Both the position numbers and the translations under genes were made by a program. Positions 28,490-37,553 of a stretch of 64,000 bases of DNA are shown in pieces. The stretch is from an uncultured Lachnospiraceae bacterium. Its GTDB lineage: Bacteria > Bacillota > Clostridia > Lachnospirales > Lachnospiraceae. The stretch covers positions 1,266 through 65,265 of the forward strand of contig CANRZW010000018.1 of NCBI GenBank assembly GCA_947644545.1, in the 5' to 3' direction. Under the pieces are notes generated by a model. The model had not been told where the DNA came from, did no database searches, and worked only from the letters and a program-made list of their open reading frames with translations. Position 1 is the stretch's first letter; each line of letters starts with the position of its first letter.

Positions 28490-29377
28490 ATGAGACTGGG
28501 AGCATTGGAAGCGGGCGGCACCAAAATGGTATGCGCCGTAGGAAACGAAACGGGGGAAATCTTCGAGCAGATCTCCATTCCCACAGAAACGCCGGAGATT
28601 ACCATGCCGAAGTTGATCGCTTATTTTAAGGATAAGCAGGTGGATGCTTTGGGGATCGGGTGTTTCGGGCCGTTGGAATTGGACCGGCAATCGCCGGAGT
28701 ACGGGCATATCACCACTACGCCGAAACTGGCATGGCGGAATTATGATATTGTCGGTGCTTTTCGGGAGGCGCTTGGCTGTCCGGTGGGTTTTGACACGGA
28801 CGTGAACGGGTCTGTGCTGGGGGAAGTGACCTTCGGGCAGGCCAAAGGAAAGAAATGCGTGATCTACCTGACTATCGGAACCGGCGTTGGCGGCGGCATA
28901 TACATAGACGGAAAGCTGCTGCATGGTATGCTGCATCCGGAGGCAGGGCATGTGCTGATCCGGAAGAAGAGCGATGACGCATACGAAGGCAAGTGTCCTT
29001 ATCATAAAACCTGTCTGGAAGGCCTTGCGGCGGGCCCGGCCATTGAAGCGCGCTGGGGACAGAAGGCGGTGGAGCTGAAAGACCGGCCGGAGGTGTGGGA
29101 TCTGGAGGCGGACTACATCGCGCAGGCGCTGGTAGGATATATTCTGACGCTCTCACCGGAGATGATTATTTTAGGCGGCGGCGTGATGCATCAGGAACAG
29201 CTTTTCCCATTGATCCGGGAAAAAGTGACCCAGATGCTGGGCGGCTATATCCAGACGGAAGAGATGGCGGATATGGAGCACTATATCGTGCCTGCAAGCC
29301 TGCACGACGATCAGGGAATTATGGGTTGTCTGGAGCTGGCAAGAAGAGAGAAAGCAGGTTGTGCATACCCTGCATAG
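28490..29377 (+). CDS. ROK-family sugar kinase (fructokinase/Mak-like)
   Basis: N-terminal ATP motif LGALEAGGTKMVCAV, then GIGCFGPLE, and the zinc motif HPEAGH...CPYHKTCLEGLA. Confidence 0.85.
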   Translation: MRLGALEAGGTKMVCAVGNETGEIFEQISIPTETPEITMPKLIAYFKDKQVDALGIGCFGPLELDRQSPEYGHITTTPKLAWRNYDIVGAFREALGCPVGFDTDVNGSVLGEVTFGQAKGKKCVIYLTIGTGVGGGIYIDGKLLHGMLHPEAGHVLIRKKSDDAYEGKCPYHKTCLEGLAAGPAIEARWGQKAVELKDRPEVWDLEADYIAQALVGYILTLSPEMIILGGGVMHQEQLFPLIREKVTQMLGGYIQTEEMADMEHYIVPASLHDDQGIMGCLELARREKAGCAYPA

Positions 29378-29590
29378 TTGAGTGAAATTAAGACGGAAAA
29401 GAACGGGAACAAAGCAAAAGAAACGAACAGAAGGAAAACGAAAGAAAGCAAAATAAGGGAAAGCGAAGTAAAGAAAATAAATCAAGTAAGCAAAAGCAAA
29501 TCGGGCAGAACAAAGTCAAATGAAACAAAGTCGGACAAAACAAAACCAAACGAAACAAAGAACGGCAACATGACAGGAGATGACGGAATT

Positions 29591-30079
29591 ATGAGTATGA
29601 TCGGATATTATTACAAGGCGAATGATTTTTTTGTAAAAAGGCTGCAGAAGGGAAGCGCTGAGGAGATTCTTTTTGAGGAAGATGTGGAGAAGGATCTTAT
29701 GTGTGTCGATAAGGCGTGGCATGCGATCCACTTTGTGCTGACGGGGCGCGTATGGGATATACCGGAGGACAATGTTCTGGGGCAGATGGTGCTTGGCGGG
29801 GAGCCGGTCAGCGAGGAAGACTTGGGATATGGGCCGGCGAGGCTGCTCTCCAAAGAAATCGTAGCGCAGATCGCAGAGGCTCTTAAGACATGGGACGAAG
29901 CCGCTTTCCGGGACGGATTTAATATGAAAGATCTGGTCGCCAACGAGGTATATCCGGTAATGGATGGTGAGGACGAAGGAGACTTTCTTACTTATGTCTG
30001 GGAGAACTTTGTTGTCTTAAAGAAATATTTTGAAGAAGCGGCAGAGGAAGGCGCTGGTATGGTCACATTTCTTGCATAG
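29591..30079 (+). CDS. YfbM/DUF1877 family protein
   Basis: MSMIGYYYKANDFF...VDKAWHAIHFVLTG is typical of DUF1877. ATG at 29591 lies 12 nt after aggag. The track ORF extends to a TTG at 29378 through a polypurine tract (see findings). Confidence 0.75.
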   Translation: MSMIGYYYKANDFFVKRLQKGSAEEILFEEDVEKDLMCVDKAWHAIHFVLTGRVWDIPEDNVLGQMVLGGEPVSEEDLGYGPARLLSKEIVAQIAEALKTWDEAAFRDGFNMKDLVANEVYPVMDGEDEGDFLTYVWENFVVLKKYFEEAAEEGAGMVTFLA

Positions 30080-30477
30080 TGTGCGAGGCACCCTTTTTAG
30101 TGCAGATTCTTTCAATGAGGCTGTTGTTGAACCCGGCAATTTTCCGAGAGGTGGCCGAGGCGGCAACAGCTTTATTGCTTTTTCATCTTAATAGGAAGTG
30201 TCTTTGCCTGTTTTTTCATATTTTTTAATAGTAATTTAATTGTACTATAGGCGGAAATGGAATAAGATACGTATAGTAAACTTACATCATGCTCAGCCTG
30301 CCGTCGGGCGGGCCGCATGGCCATCCATGCTGTGAAAGTCGAAGACTTTCATAGTAAACAGCATAACAAAATATGAGGAATACAGTACGAAGAAAGGTGT
30401 AATTATAGGTTGAATATATTTTTTGATGGGCAATTTACTCAACCAAGAGTTTGTGACGCTTCGGATTGGAGGAAAAG

Positions 30478-30870
30478 ATGAGAGAGAAATTACAGCGTTT
30501 TATGTGGGGACGTTACGGGAGCGATCGTCTCAGTCAGGTATTGATGGTGTGTGCCCTTGTGTTGATGGTTCTTTCTTTTCCGATAGGGAGCAGATTCTAT
30601 CTGCCGGCGCTGGCGTTGATGGGATATGTGTATTTCCGCATGTTTTCCCGCAATATCGCGAAGCGGTCGGCGGAGAATCAGTGGTATCTCGCCAGAGAGA
30701 TGAAAGTCAGAAGATGGTTTCAGAACCGGAAAAGGGATTTCGCCGGGCGTAAGGAGTATAAGATCTTTAAATGCCCGGATTGCGGTCAGAGGCTTCGCGT
30801 GCCCAGAGGAAAAGGGCGCATTGCGATCCGGTGCAGGAAATGCAATCATGAGTTTATCAGGAAGAGCTGA
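30478..30870 (+). CDS. Small membrane protein with C-terminal zinc ribbon
   Basis: Two hydrophobic helices, then KCPDCGQRLRVPRGKGRIAIRCRKCNHEF (CxxC...CxxC). ATG at 30478 follows ggagga. Confidence 0.75.
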   Translation: MREKLQRFMWGRYGSDRLSQVLMVCALVLMVLSFPIGSRFYLPALALMGYVYFRMFSRNIAKRSAENQWYLAREMKVRRWFQNRKRDFAGRKEYKIFKCPDCGQRLRVPRGKGRIAIRCRKCNHEFIRKS

Positions 30871-30893
30871 GTGCCGGAAAGGGTTGACAGGCT

Positions 30894-31769
30894 ATGTTCG
30901 GGTATATCAGGATCAATAAGGCGGAAATGAAGTTCAGGGAATTTGATGTCTATCAGTCCTATTACTGCGGAATCTGCCGTGACCTGAAACGCAAATACGG
31001 TGCGGCGGGGCAGTTTTCCTTAAGCTATGATATGACCTTTGTGGCCATGCTTCTGACGGGATTGTATGAACCGGAGACGAGGACCGGAACCTGCAGGTGT
31101 ATGGTGCACCCTTTGGAAAAGCATGAGACAAGAAATAATATTTTTACCGAATATGTGGCGGATATGAATGCGCTGTTTGCCTGTTATAAATGCCGGGACG
31201 ACTGGAAGGATGAGAAGAAACTGCACCAGTTACTCTATGGCAGGATTCTGGAGGGCAGAAGCAGGCGGCTGCAGGAAACCTACGGTGAGAAACTGCGGAG
31301 GATCGAACGTCTGATGCAGGATTTCGAGGAGGCGGAGCAACAGCAGGAGCCGCAGACCGGGCCGGGAACACAGGACTCCGGGTACTCCCGGCTGGATACG
31401 CTGGCCGGCCTGTTCGGCAAAGTGATGGCGGAGATCGTGACGGTGCGGGAGGATGAATGGGCGAATCACCTGAGACGTTTCGGCTTTTTCCTGGGAAAGT
31501 TTATCTATCTTATGGATGCCTATGAGGATGTAGAGACGGATATCAGGAACGGAACGCCCAATCCTCTGAAAGGAAGATACGGTTCGCCGGACTTCGAGGA
31601 AGCGTGCAGGACCATGCTCACGATGATGATGTCGGAGTGCTGCAGCGCTTTTGAGATACTGCCCATACTGGATAATGTGGAGATACTGCGCAATGTGCTG
31701 TATTCCGGTGTCTGGTGCAGATACGAAGCCATACATGAGAAAAGGCGGAAGAAGGAGCAGGACGGATGA
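30894..31769 (+). CDS. DUF5685-like protein of unknown function
   Basis: N-terminus [36 protein letters not shown] matches my memory of DUF5685. Its stop overlaps the next gene's start (ATGA). Confidence 0.6.
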   Translation: MFGYIRINKAEMKFREFDVYQSYYCGICRDLKRKYGAAGQFSLSYDMTFVAMLLTGLYEPETRTGTCRCMVHPLEKHETRNNIFTEYVADMNALFACYKCRDDWKDEKKLHQLLYGRILEGRSRRLQETYGEKLRRIERLMQDFEEAEQQQEPQTGPGTQDSGYSRLDTLAGLFGKVMAEIVTVREDEWANHLRRFGFFLGKFIYLMDAYEDVETDIRNGTPNPLKGRYGSPDFEEACRTMLTMMMSECCSAFEILPILDNVEILRNVLYSGVWCRYEAIHEKRRKKEQDG

Positions 31770-32473
31770 CAGATCCATACAGTATATTGGGAGTGGCGAG
31801 AGGCGCTTCCGAGGAAGAAATCAAGAAAGCATACAAAACATTGAGCCGGAAATATCATCCGGATGCCAATATCAACAATCCCAACCGGGATCAGGCGGAG
31901 GAACGGTTTAAAGAGATTCAGGCAGCTTATCAGCAGATCATGAAGGAGAAGACTTCCGGCTATGGTGGGCACGGCTACAGCGGCGGGACGGATTCTCAGG
32001 GCAGCTACGGTGGCTTTGGCTATGGGCCGTTCTGGTCCTTTGGCTATGGCGGCTTCGGGCAGAGCCAGGAAACGGGCTATGAAGAGGAGGCCCATCTGCG
32101 GGCGGCAGGCAACTATATCCGGAACGGCTATTACAGGGAGGCGCGCACGACGCTGGACAATATGGCGGAGCGGGAGAGGAACGCCAGATGGTACTATTAC
32201 AGCGCGGTGGCTCACTCCGGGCTTGGCAGCAACGTGGCGGCGCTGGAACATGCGAGAAGGGCGGCGGCGCTGGAGCCGGATAATATCAGTTATCGCAGTC
32301 TGGTACAGCAGCTGGAGAGCGGCGGCAGCTGGTACAGACAAAGGCAGGCTTCCTACGGGTATCCGACTTTTGGCGGCGGGGATCTGTGTATGAAGCTCTG
32401 CTGTCTGGAAATGATGTGCAATCTGTGCTGTTGCGGCGGCGGATACGGTGTGCGGGGAATGGTCTGCTGCTGA
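31766..32473 (+). CDS. J-domain protein with Gly/Tyr/Phe linker, TPR-like segment and Cys-rich C-terminal tail
   Basis: J domain [33 protein letters not shown] with the HPD tripeptide. The tail is [28 protein letters not shown]. Confidence 0.85.
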   Translation: MTDPYSILGVARGASEEEIKKAYKTLSRKYHPDANINNPNRDQAEERFKEIQAAYQQIMKEKTSGYGGHGYSGGTDSQGSYGGFGYGPFWSFGYGGFGQSQETGYEEEAHLRAAGNYIRNGYYREARTTLDNMAERERNARWYYYSAVAHSGLGSNVAALEHARRAAALEPDNISYRSLVQQLESGGSWYRQRQASYGYPTFGGGDLCMKLCCLEMMCNLCCCGGGYGVRGMVCC

Positions 32474-32683
32474 TTGTGTAAAGGCTGCATAAATTCTCTG
32501 ATGGGCAATTTATCCGAACAGGAATTTGGGATGCTTCGGCATGGCGGTAAATGTGATGATTTATGCTTGTACTTTTCTTTCTTTGTGATAGAATAGCCGT
32601 AATGTATTGTATGAAATACAGACCGGAATGACCGGCGGCAGAGGATACATTGCCGACAGCGAAAGAAAAGGACGAGCTGAGAG

Positions 32684-34099
32684 ATGAACGATCAGAACAT
32701 GTACGGGAAATTTGACTGGCACTATTTTTTAAGACATATTGCGATCATAGCGGTGCCTGTGGCTCTGCAGAACCTGCTGACCACCACGGGCAGTATGGTG
32801 GATACGATGATGCTGGCGTCCCTGGGAGAGCAGACGGTGGGTGCGGTAGGGCTGTGCGCCCAGTTTTCCAGCCTGATGTTTGCGGGTTATTGGGGCTTTG
32901 TGGGAGGCGGTATGCTGTTTTTCGCGCAGTATTGGGGTGCGAAAAATGACGACGGGATTAACCGTTCTTTTGGCCTGACCCTTTCCTTTATGATGGCGGT
33001 GGCGGTCATCTTCAGTTTTCTGGCGTTGGGTGTGCCGGAATTTATCATGAATATCTATACGGATAAGCCGGAGATCCAGCAGATCGGTATTTCCTATCTG
33101 AGAATCGTTGGTTTTGCCTATATTCTGCAGATTCTGGCCATGGCAGTGAGCGCCCTCCTGCGTTCCATCGAGCAGGTTAAGATTCCTCTTTACGGAGGGA
33201 TTGCGTCGGTGTTTGCCAACTGTTTCTTTAACTATCTGCTGATTTTCGGTAAGTTCGGACTGCCGAAGATGGGCGTGCGCGGGGCGGCGTTGGGTACGGT
33301 GCTTGCAGGCGTGGTGAATCTGGGCATCCTGCTGTTTTTTATCTTGAAGAATAAGATTCCTTATGTGCTGGAGTTTTCCAGACATTTTCGGTGGGATCGG
33401 GCGTTTGTGGGCCAGTATCTGCAGAAATGTTTTCCGATTCTGTGCAACGAGATCCTCATCGGCGTGGGTAATATGATGATCAATATCGTACTCGGGCATC
33501 AGAGTGAGAAAGCGATCGCGGCCGTGGCGGTGTTCCGGACACTGGAAGGACTTGTCATTGCCTTTTTCAGCGGCTTTTCCAATGCGGCTACGGTGCTGGT
33601 GGGCAAAGAAGTGGGGGCAGGAAACCACGAGGTGGCTTTCCAGCGGGCCAAACGGCTGGTATATCTGTGCAGCGCCCTGATCGGAACGGCCTGTCTGGGT
33701 ATTATTGTGGTTCACAATCCTCTGCTCCATGCCATGGGACTTAGCGGCGAATCCTACGGGATCGGTACGGGTATGCTGCTGATCTACAGTGTGGCAGCCC
33801 TCATCCGTATGGGGAACTGGACGCAGAACGATACTTACCGGTCGGCGGGAGACGCATCTTTTGGCTCGATCATGGAGATTACCTTTATGTATCTGATGGT
33901 GCTGCCGTGTGTGTATCTGGCCAACTATGTGTTCCATGCGCCGTTTTTGCTTATTTTTGCGCTCTGCTATGTGGATGAGCCTGTGCGGTATATCATCATG
34001 CAGTGCCATATGTATTCCGGCAAATGGATGAAGCCGGTATCTGAGGAAGGAATCAGGACGATCGGAGAGTTTCGGCAGCGGCATGGGATTAGACAGTAG
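32684..34099 (+). CDS. MATE-family efflux transporter
   Basis: 471 aa with about 12 TM segments. N-terminal PVALQNLLTTTGSMVDTMMLASLGEQTVGAVGL is typical of MatE. Confidence 0.88.
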   Translation: MNDQNMYGKFDWHYFLRHIAIIAVPVALQNLLTTTGSMVDTMMLASLGEQTVGAVGLCAQFSSLMFAGYWGFVGGGMLFFAQYWGAKNDDGINRSFGLTLSFMMAVAVIFSFLALGVPEFIMNIYTDKPEIQQIGISYLRIVGFAYILQILAMAVSALLRSIEQVKIPLYGGIASVFANCFFNYLLIFGKFGLPKMGVRGAALGTVLAGVVNLGILLFFILKNKIPYVLEFSRHFRWDRAFVGQYLQKCFPILCNEILIGVGNMMINIVLGHQSEKAIAAVAVFRTLEGLVIAFFSGFSNAATVLVGKEVGAGNHEVAFQRAKRLVYLCSALIGTACLGIIVVHNPLLHAMGLSGESYGIGTGMLLIYSVAALIRMGNWTQNDTYRSAGDASFGSIMEITFMYLMVLPCVYLANYVFHAPFLLIFALCYVDEPVRYIIMQCHMYSGKWMKPVSEEGIRTIGEFRQRHGIRQ

Positions 34100-34183
34100 A
34101 CAGTAACTGTCAATTCCTGCCTGCATAAATCGGAACGGATCGGAAATCCTTATTCTATAAAAAATAGAAAAGGAGAGAGAACG

Positions 34184-34504
34184 ATGAAAGAAGACCGATC
34201 GATTGGGCCGGAACTGGCCATGAGCGCACTTGATGAGATTCCCGAAGTAAAAAGCGACGCCAGGGATATTGTGGGGCTGGTCAAAAGCAGCGGCCGCATT
34301 ACCGGGTATCAGCTTTCAGACGGTAACACCGTCTCGAAAGAGGATGGCGTGGCAATGGCTAAAAACGGTGAGATCAAGGGTGTCGGCATCGCCCACCGCA
34401 ATGACAGTGAATATTTGAAGTCCCTTCCCGACGGAGACGAAGGGAATAATTTAAGTAACCTGCCTTCTGTCAGTCAGGGGCGCGTTGACAAGGATCTTAT
34501 GTAA
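34184..34504 (+). CDS. DUF3892-like small protein
   Basis: 106 aa. The ITGYQLSDGNTVSKEDGVAMAKNGEIKGVGIAHRN pattern resembles DUF3892. SD aaggagag is present. Confidence 0.5.
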   Translation: MKEDRSIGPELAMSALDEIPEVKSDARDIVGLVKSSGRITGYQLSDGNTVSKEDGVAMAKNGEIKGVGIAHRNDSEYLKSLPDGDEGNNLSNLPSVSQGRVDKDLM

Positions 34505-34835
34505 CTATATTGCGATATCAAGTTTATATTATTAGTAGATTAAATTATTAAGATTGATATTATTGAGATAAATATCGAATCACCTGCTGCATTGGATCCT
34601 CTTTTGATCCGGCATGATTCCGCCTGACAGAGCAGAGAAACCGGCTTGTTGAAGCTTCAATAACCAATATGCGGATGAGTGGATCACGGATCCTTTGGCA
34701 GTTGTGATGATCAAAGATATTGACCGATCAGAGGTGATGGGGATGTATACGATTGAAAGGATGGAGCCATATTTACAGGCAGTCATGAACGTGATGGAAG
34801 GCGTGGAAAATTGAGACAGGAGATGACGCGACAGT

Positions 34836-36584
34836 ATGGCAAGGACGATAGGTATCGGTAACCAGGATTTTGAGACGATCAGACGGGAAGGCTATTTCTA
34901 TATTGACAAGACCGATCTGATACGCCAGTGGTGGGAAAGAGGGGACGGCGTGACGCTGATCACTAGGCCGAGAAGGTTTGGAAAGACCTTGAATATGAGT
35001 ATGCTGGAGAAATTCTTTTCTGTGGATTATAAGGACAGAGGGGATCTGTTTTGTGGTCTTAAGATCTGGGAAAGTAAGAAATACATAGATTTGCAGGGCA
35101 CTTATCCGGTGATCTTTCTCAGTTTTGCCGGTGTCAAAGAGGGCACTTATGCGGATGCAAGGGAAAGCATGTGCAGAACTATCGAGGAGCAGTACAATAA
35201 ATATGACCGTCTGATTAACGGAGATCTGCTCAATGAGAGAGAAAAAGCGTTTTGCCGGAGCATTTCTGCGAATATGTCAGACAGCATGGCGGCGGCATCG
35301 CTGAGGGCGCTTTCTGATTTTCTCGGCAGATATTATGGAAAGAAAACGATCATCCTTCTGGATGAATATGATACGCCCATGCAGGAGGCGTATGTCAATG
35401 GGTATTGGGGGGAGATGGTCGCTTTTACCAGAAGCCTGTTTAACGCGACATTTAAGACGAATCCGTATCTGGAGCGCGCTATTATGACAGGGATCACGAG
35501 GGTCGGCAAAGAGTCAATCTTTTCTGATCTGAATAATCTTGAGGTAGTGACTACAACCTCAGAGAAGTATTCCGATTGTTTCGGGTTTACAGAGGAGGAG
35601 GTCTTTGCAGTATTAGAGGAATACGGTCTGTCTGATCAGAAGCAGAAGGTAAAGGACTGGTATTACGGTTTTTCTTTTGGAAAAAGAAAGGATATCTACA
35701 ATCCGTGGTCTATCATTAATTTCCTGGATGAAAGAAGAGTCGGTGCGTACTGGGCCAATACCAGCGCCAATCGTCTGGTGGAAAAACTGATCAGAGAGGG
35801 TAAACCGAAAGTCAAGCAGGCTTTTGAAGATCTGCTGGACGGCGGAACGCTTCATATGGAAATAGATGAACAGATCGTCTATGACCAGTTATCGGCGAAG
35901 AAGAATGCGGTCTGGAGCCTTTTTCTTGCCAGTGGTTATCTGAAAGTAGCCGGCACTGTATTTGAGGAAAGAACAGGGCGCATGTATTATGACCTGACGT
36001 TGACCAATAAAGAAGTGCATATCATGTTTGCCAATATGGTTCAGGACTGGTTTGCGTGGAATGATGATTACAATGATTTCATCAAGGCATTGCTGCTTGG
36101 AGATGTGAAAGCGATGAACCTGTATATGAACCGTGTGACAACGGAAATGTTCAGCTTCTTTGATACGGGCAAAAGCCCGCAGGGAGAGCCGGAGCGCTTC
36201 TACCATGGGTTTGTGTTGGGACTGATGGTGGAATTGGAAGACAGGTATGTGATCACGTCCAACAGGGAAAGCGGTTTCGGCAGATATGATGTGATGTTAG
36301 AACCCAGAAGCCTGGCGGCAGCGGCGGCATTGCAGGGAAAAGACGCTGCACCGCACAAGGACATTCCGTTGGATGCCATTATCATAGAGTTTAAGGTACA
36401 GGACACGGAGGAGACAGAACTGACCGAAACGGTACGCAGCGCCTTAAAACAGATCGAGGAGCGGGATTATCAGGCATCCCTGATCGCCAGAGGGATTCCG
36501 GAGGAACGGATCAGGAAGTATGGTTTTGCTTTCTGCGGCAAGAGAGTGCTGATAGCGCAACAGGATCCGGCGTGCCTTCAATAA
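34836..36584 (+). CDS. AAA-ATPase-like (PF09820-type) protein with C-terminal PD-(D/E)XK (PDDEXK_9-type) nuclease domain
   Basis: N-terminus IGIGNQDFETIRREGYFYIDKTDLI...ITRPRRFGKTLNMSMLEKFF. C-terminus GFGRYDVMLEPR...AIIIEFKV. Confidence 0.8.
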   Translation: MARTIGIGNQDFETIRREGYFYIDKTDLIRQWWERGDGVTLITRPRRFGKTLNMSMLEKFFSVDYKDRGDLFCGLKIWESKKYIDLQGTYPVIFLSFAGVKEGTYADARESMCRTIEEQYNKYDRLINGDLLNEREKAFCRSISANMSDSMAAASLRALSDFLGRYYGKKTIILLDEYDTPMQEAYVNGYWGEMVAFTRSLFNATFKTNPYLERAIMTGITRVGKESIFSDLNNLEVVTTTSEKYSDCFGFTEEEVFAVLEEYGLSDQKQKVKDWYYGFSFGKRKDIYNPWSIINFLDERRVGAYWANTSANRLVEKLIREGKPKVKQAFEDLLDGGTLHMEIDEQIVYDQLSAKKNAVWSLFLASGYLKVAGTVFEERTGRMYYDLTLTNKEVHIMFANMVQDWFAWNDDYNDFIKALLLGDVKAMNLYMNRVTTEMFSFFDTGKSPQGEPERFYHGFVLGLMVELEDRYVITSNRESGFGRYDVMLEPRSLAAAAALQGKDAAPHKDIPLDAIIIEFKVQDTEETELTETVRSALKQIEERDYQASLIARGIPEERIRKYGFAFCGKRVLIAQQDPACLQ

Positions 36585-36603
36585 TACATAAGATACGCTT
36601 CGT

Positions 36604-37272
36604 CTAAGAGATTTCCACACAATGGATGGCGGGATCGTCCACCAGTTTGACGGCTGTCGTTGGCTGTTCAATACCGAGATCATGAAGAAGGCACTGCAGA
36701 TCATGCAGTGCTTTTGTTGCCGTTTGAGAACAGACAGCGTATTTCCTTGGTAGAATATCGACAATATCGCCGTGACGGATGCAGTCGATGTCCGCAGGGA
36801 CGTCAGGGATTCCCATTTCTCTTAGGGTGGGTGCTAATCCCGCATTGCCCCTCAAGGCATCGTGCACGCTTTTAAACTGGAGGTAACCGTAGATCGGCAC
36901 TTCCATCATCTGCTCCGTCCCCCAGATCTGTTCATAGAAATCCGTAAAGGACATATGCTCCGGCACGGGAGTTTGCATTTTCTGCAGTATTTCATCCAGC
37001 ATTTTCTGCAGCTGGTCCAACGTTTCGTCCTGTCCTGCATATTTCCAGAGGCTTACCGCAAATCTGTTTACCAGCAGTTCCTGTTTCAGACCGATGATAT
37101 CCGATCCATAAAAATCGCATAGACAGTGGCCGTACTCATGCGCGATATTGTACCAGTGAAAATAGAGATCGAATCGGTACTGAGCATTTTCGGCTCCAAA
37201 TATCTGAATAAAGGCGGCCTGCTGTTTTCCTGTACCCTTTTCTAATTGTCCGGTAGTGATTGTATAGATCAT
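36604..37272 (-). CDS. Hypothetical protein with HExxH zinc-metallopeptidase motif
   Basis: 222 aa. It contains NIAHEYGHCL (HExxH). I did not recognise any other family signature. Confidence 0.5.
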   Translation of the reverse strand: MIYTITTGQLEKGTGKQQAAFIQIFGAENAQYRFDLYFHWYNIAHEYGHCLCDFYGSDIIGLKQELLVNRFAVSLWKYAGQDETLDQLQKMLDEILQKMQTPVPEHMSFTDFYEQIWGTEQMMEVPIYGYLQFKSVHDALRGNAGLAPTLREMGIPDVPADIDCIRHGDIVDILPRKYAVCSQTATKALHDLQCLLHDLGIEQPTTAVKLVDDPAIHCVEIS

Positions 37273-37553
37273 TGCTTTCCACTCCTCACTTCCACAAATA
37301 ATATATGATAAAAAAGTTTCTCAATGATAGGACAGGGTTTTGCTCTATCTATATTTTAATCCGGCAATTTGAGACGGTCAAGTAAAAGTAAATCTCAATA
37401 TTTATTATCACAGAAAAGATATTGTTTCATAAAAGATTGTCTGGTATATTATGTATAAAGACAGAAAAAACAATCTAAAAAGAGAGCATGTATTGACGAT
37501 TTCATGATAAACATTATACTGAAATACAACAGTAGTTTACAAAGGAGGATACT

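Noticed and set aside
30080-30420. I inspected the 385-nt intergenic region after the DUF1877 gene for a tRNA, riboswitch or sRNA. It contains the stem gctgttg...caacagc, two ATAGTAAAC direct repeats and the hairpin gaaagtc-gaa-gactttc.
   Set aside because: I could not match any known RNA family by eye. The elements are short and could be a terminator plus promoter debris. An Rfam scan would be needed before claiming anything.
30423-30752. A 109-aa ORF overlaps the zinc-ribbon gene in a different frame.
   Set aside because: The overlapping frame (30478-30870) has an SD, two TM helices and a clear CxxC...CxxC zinc ribbon. The 109-aa product has no recognisable features. Only its first about 19 codons are notable, as part of the repeated motif reported in the findings.
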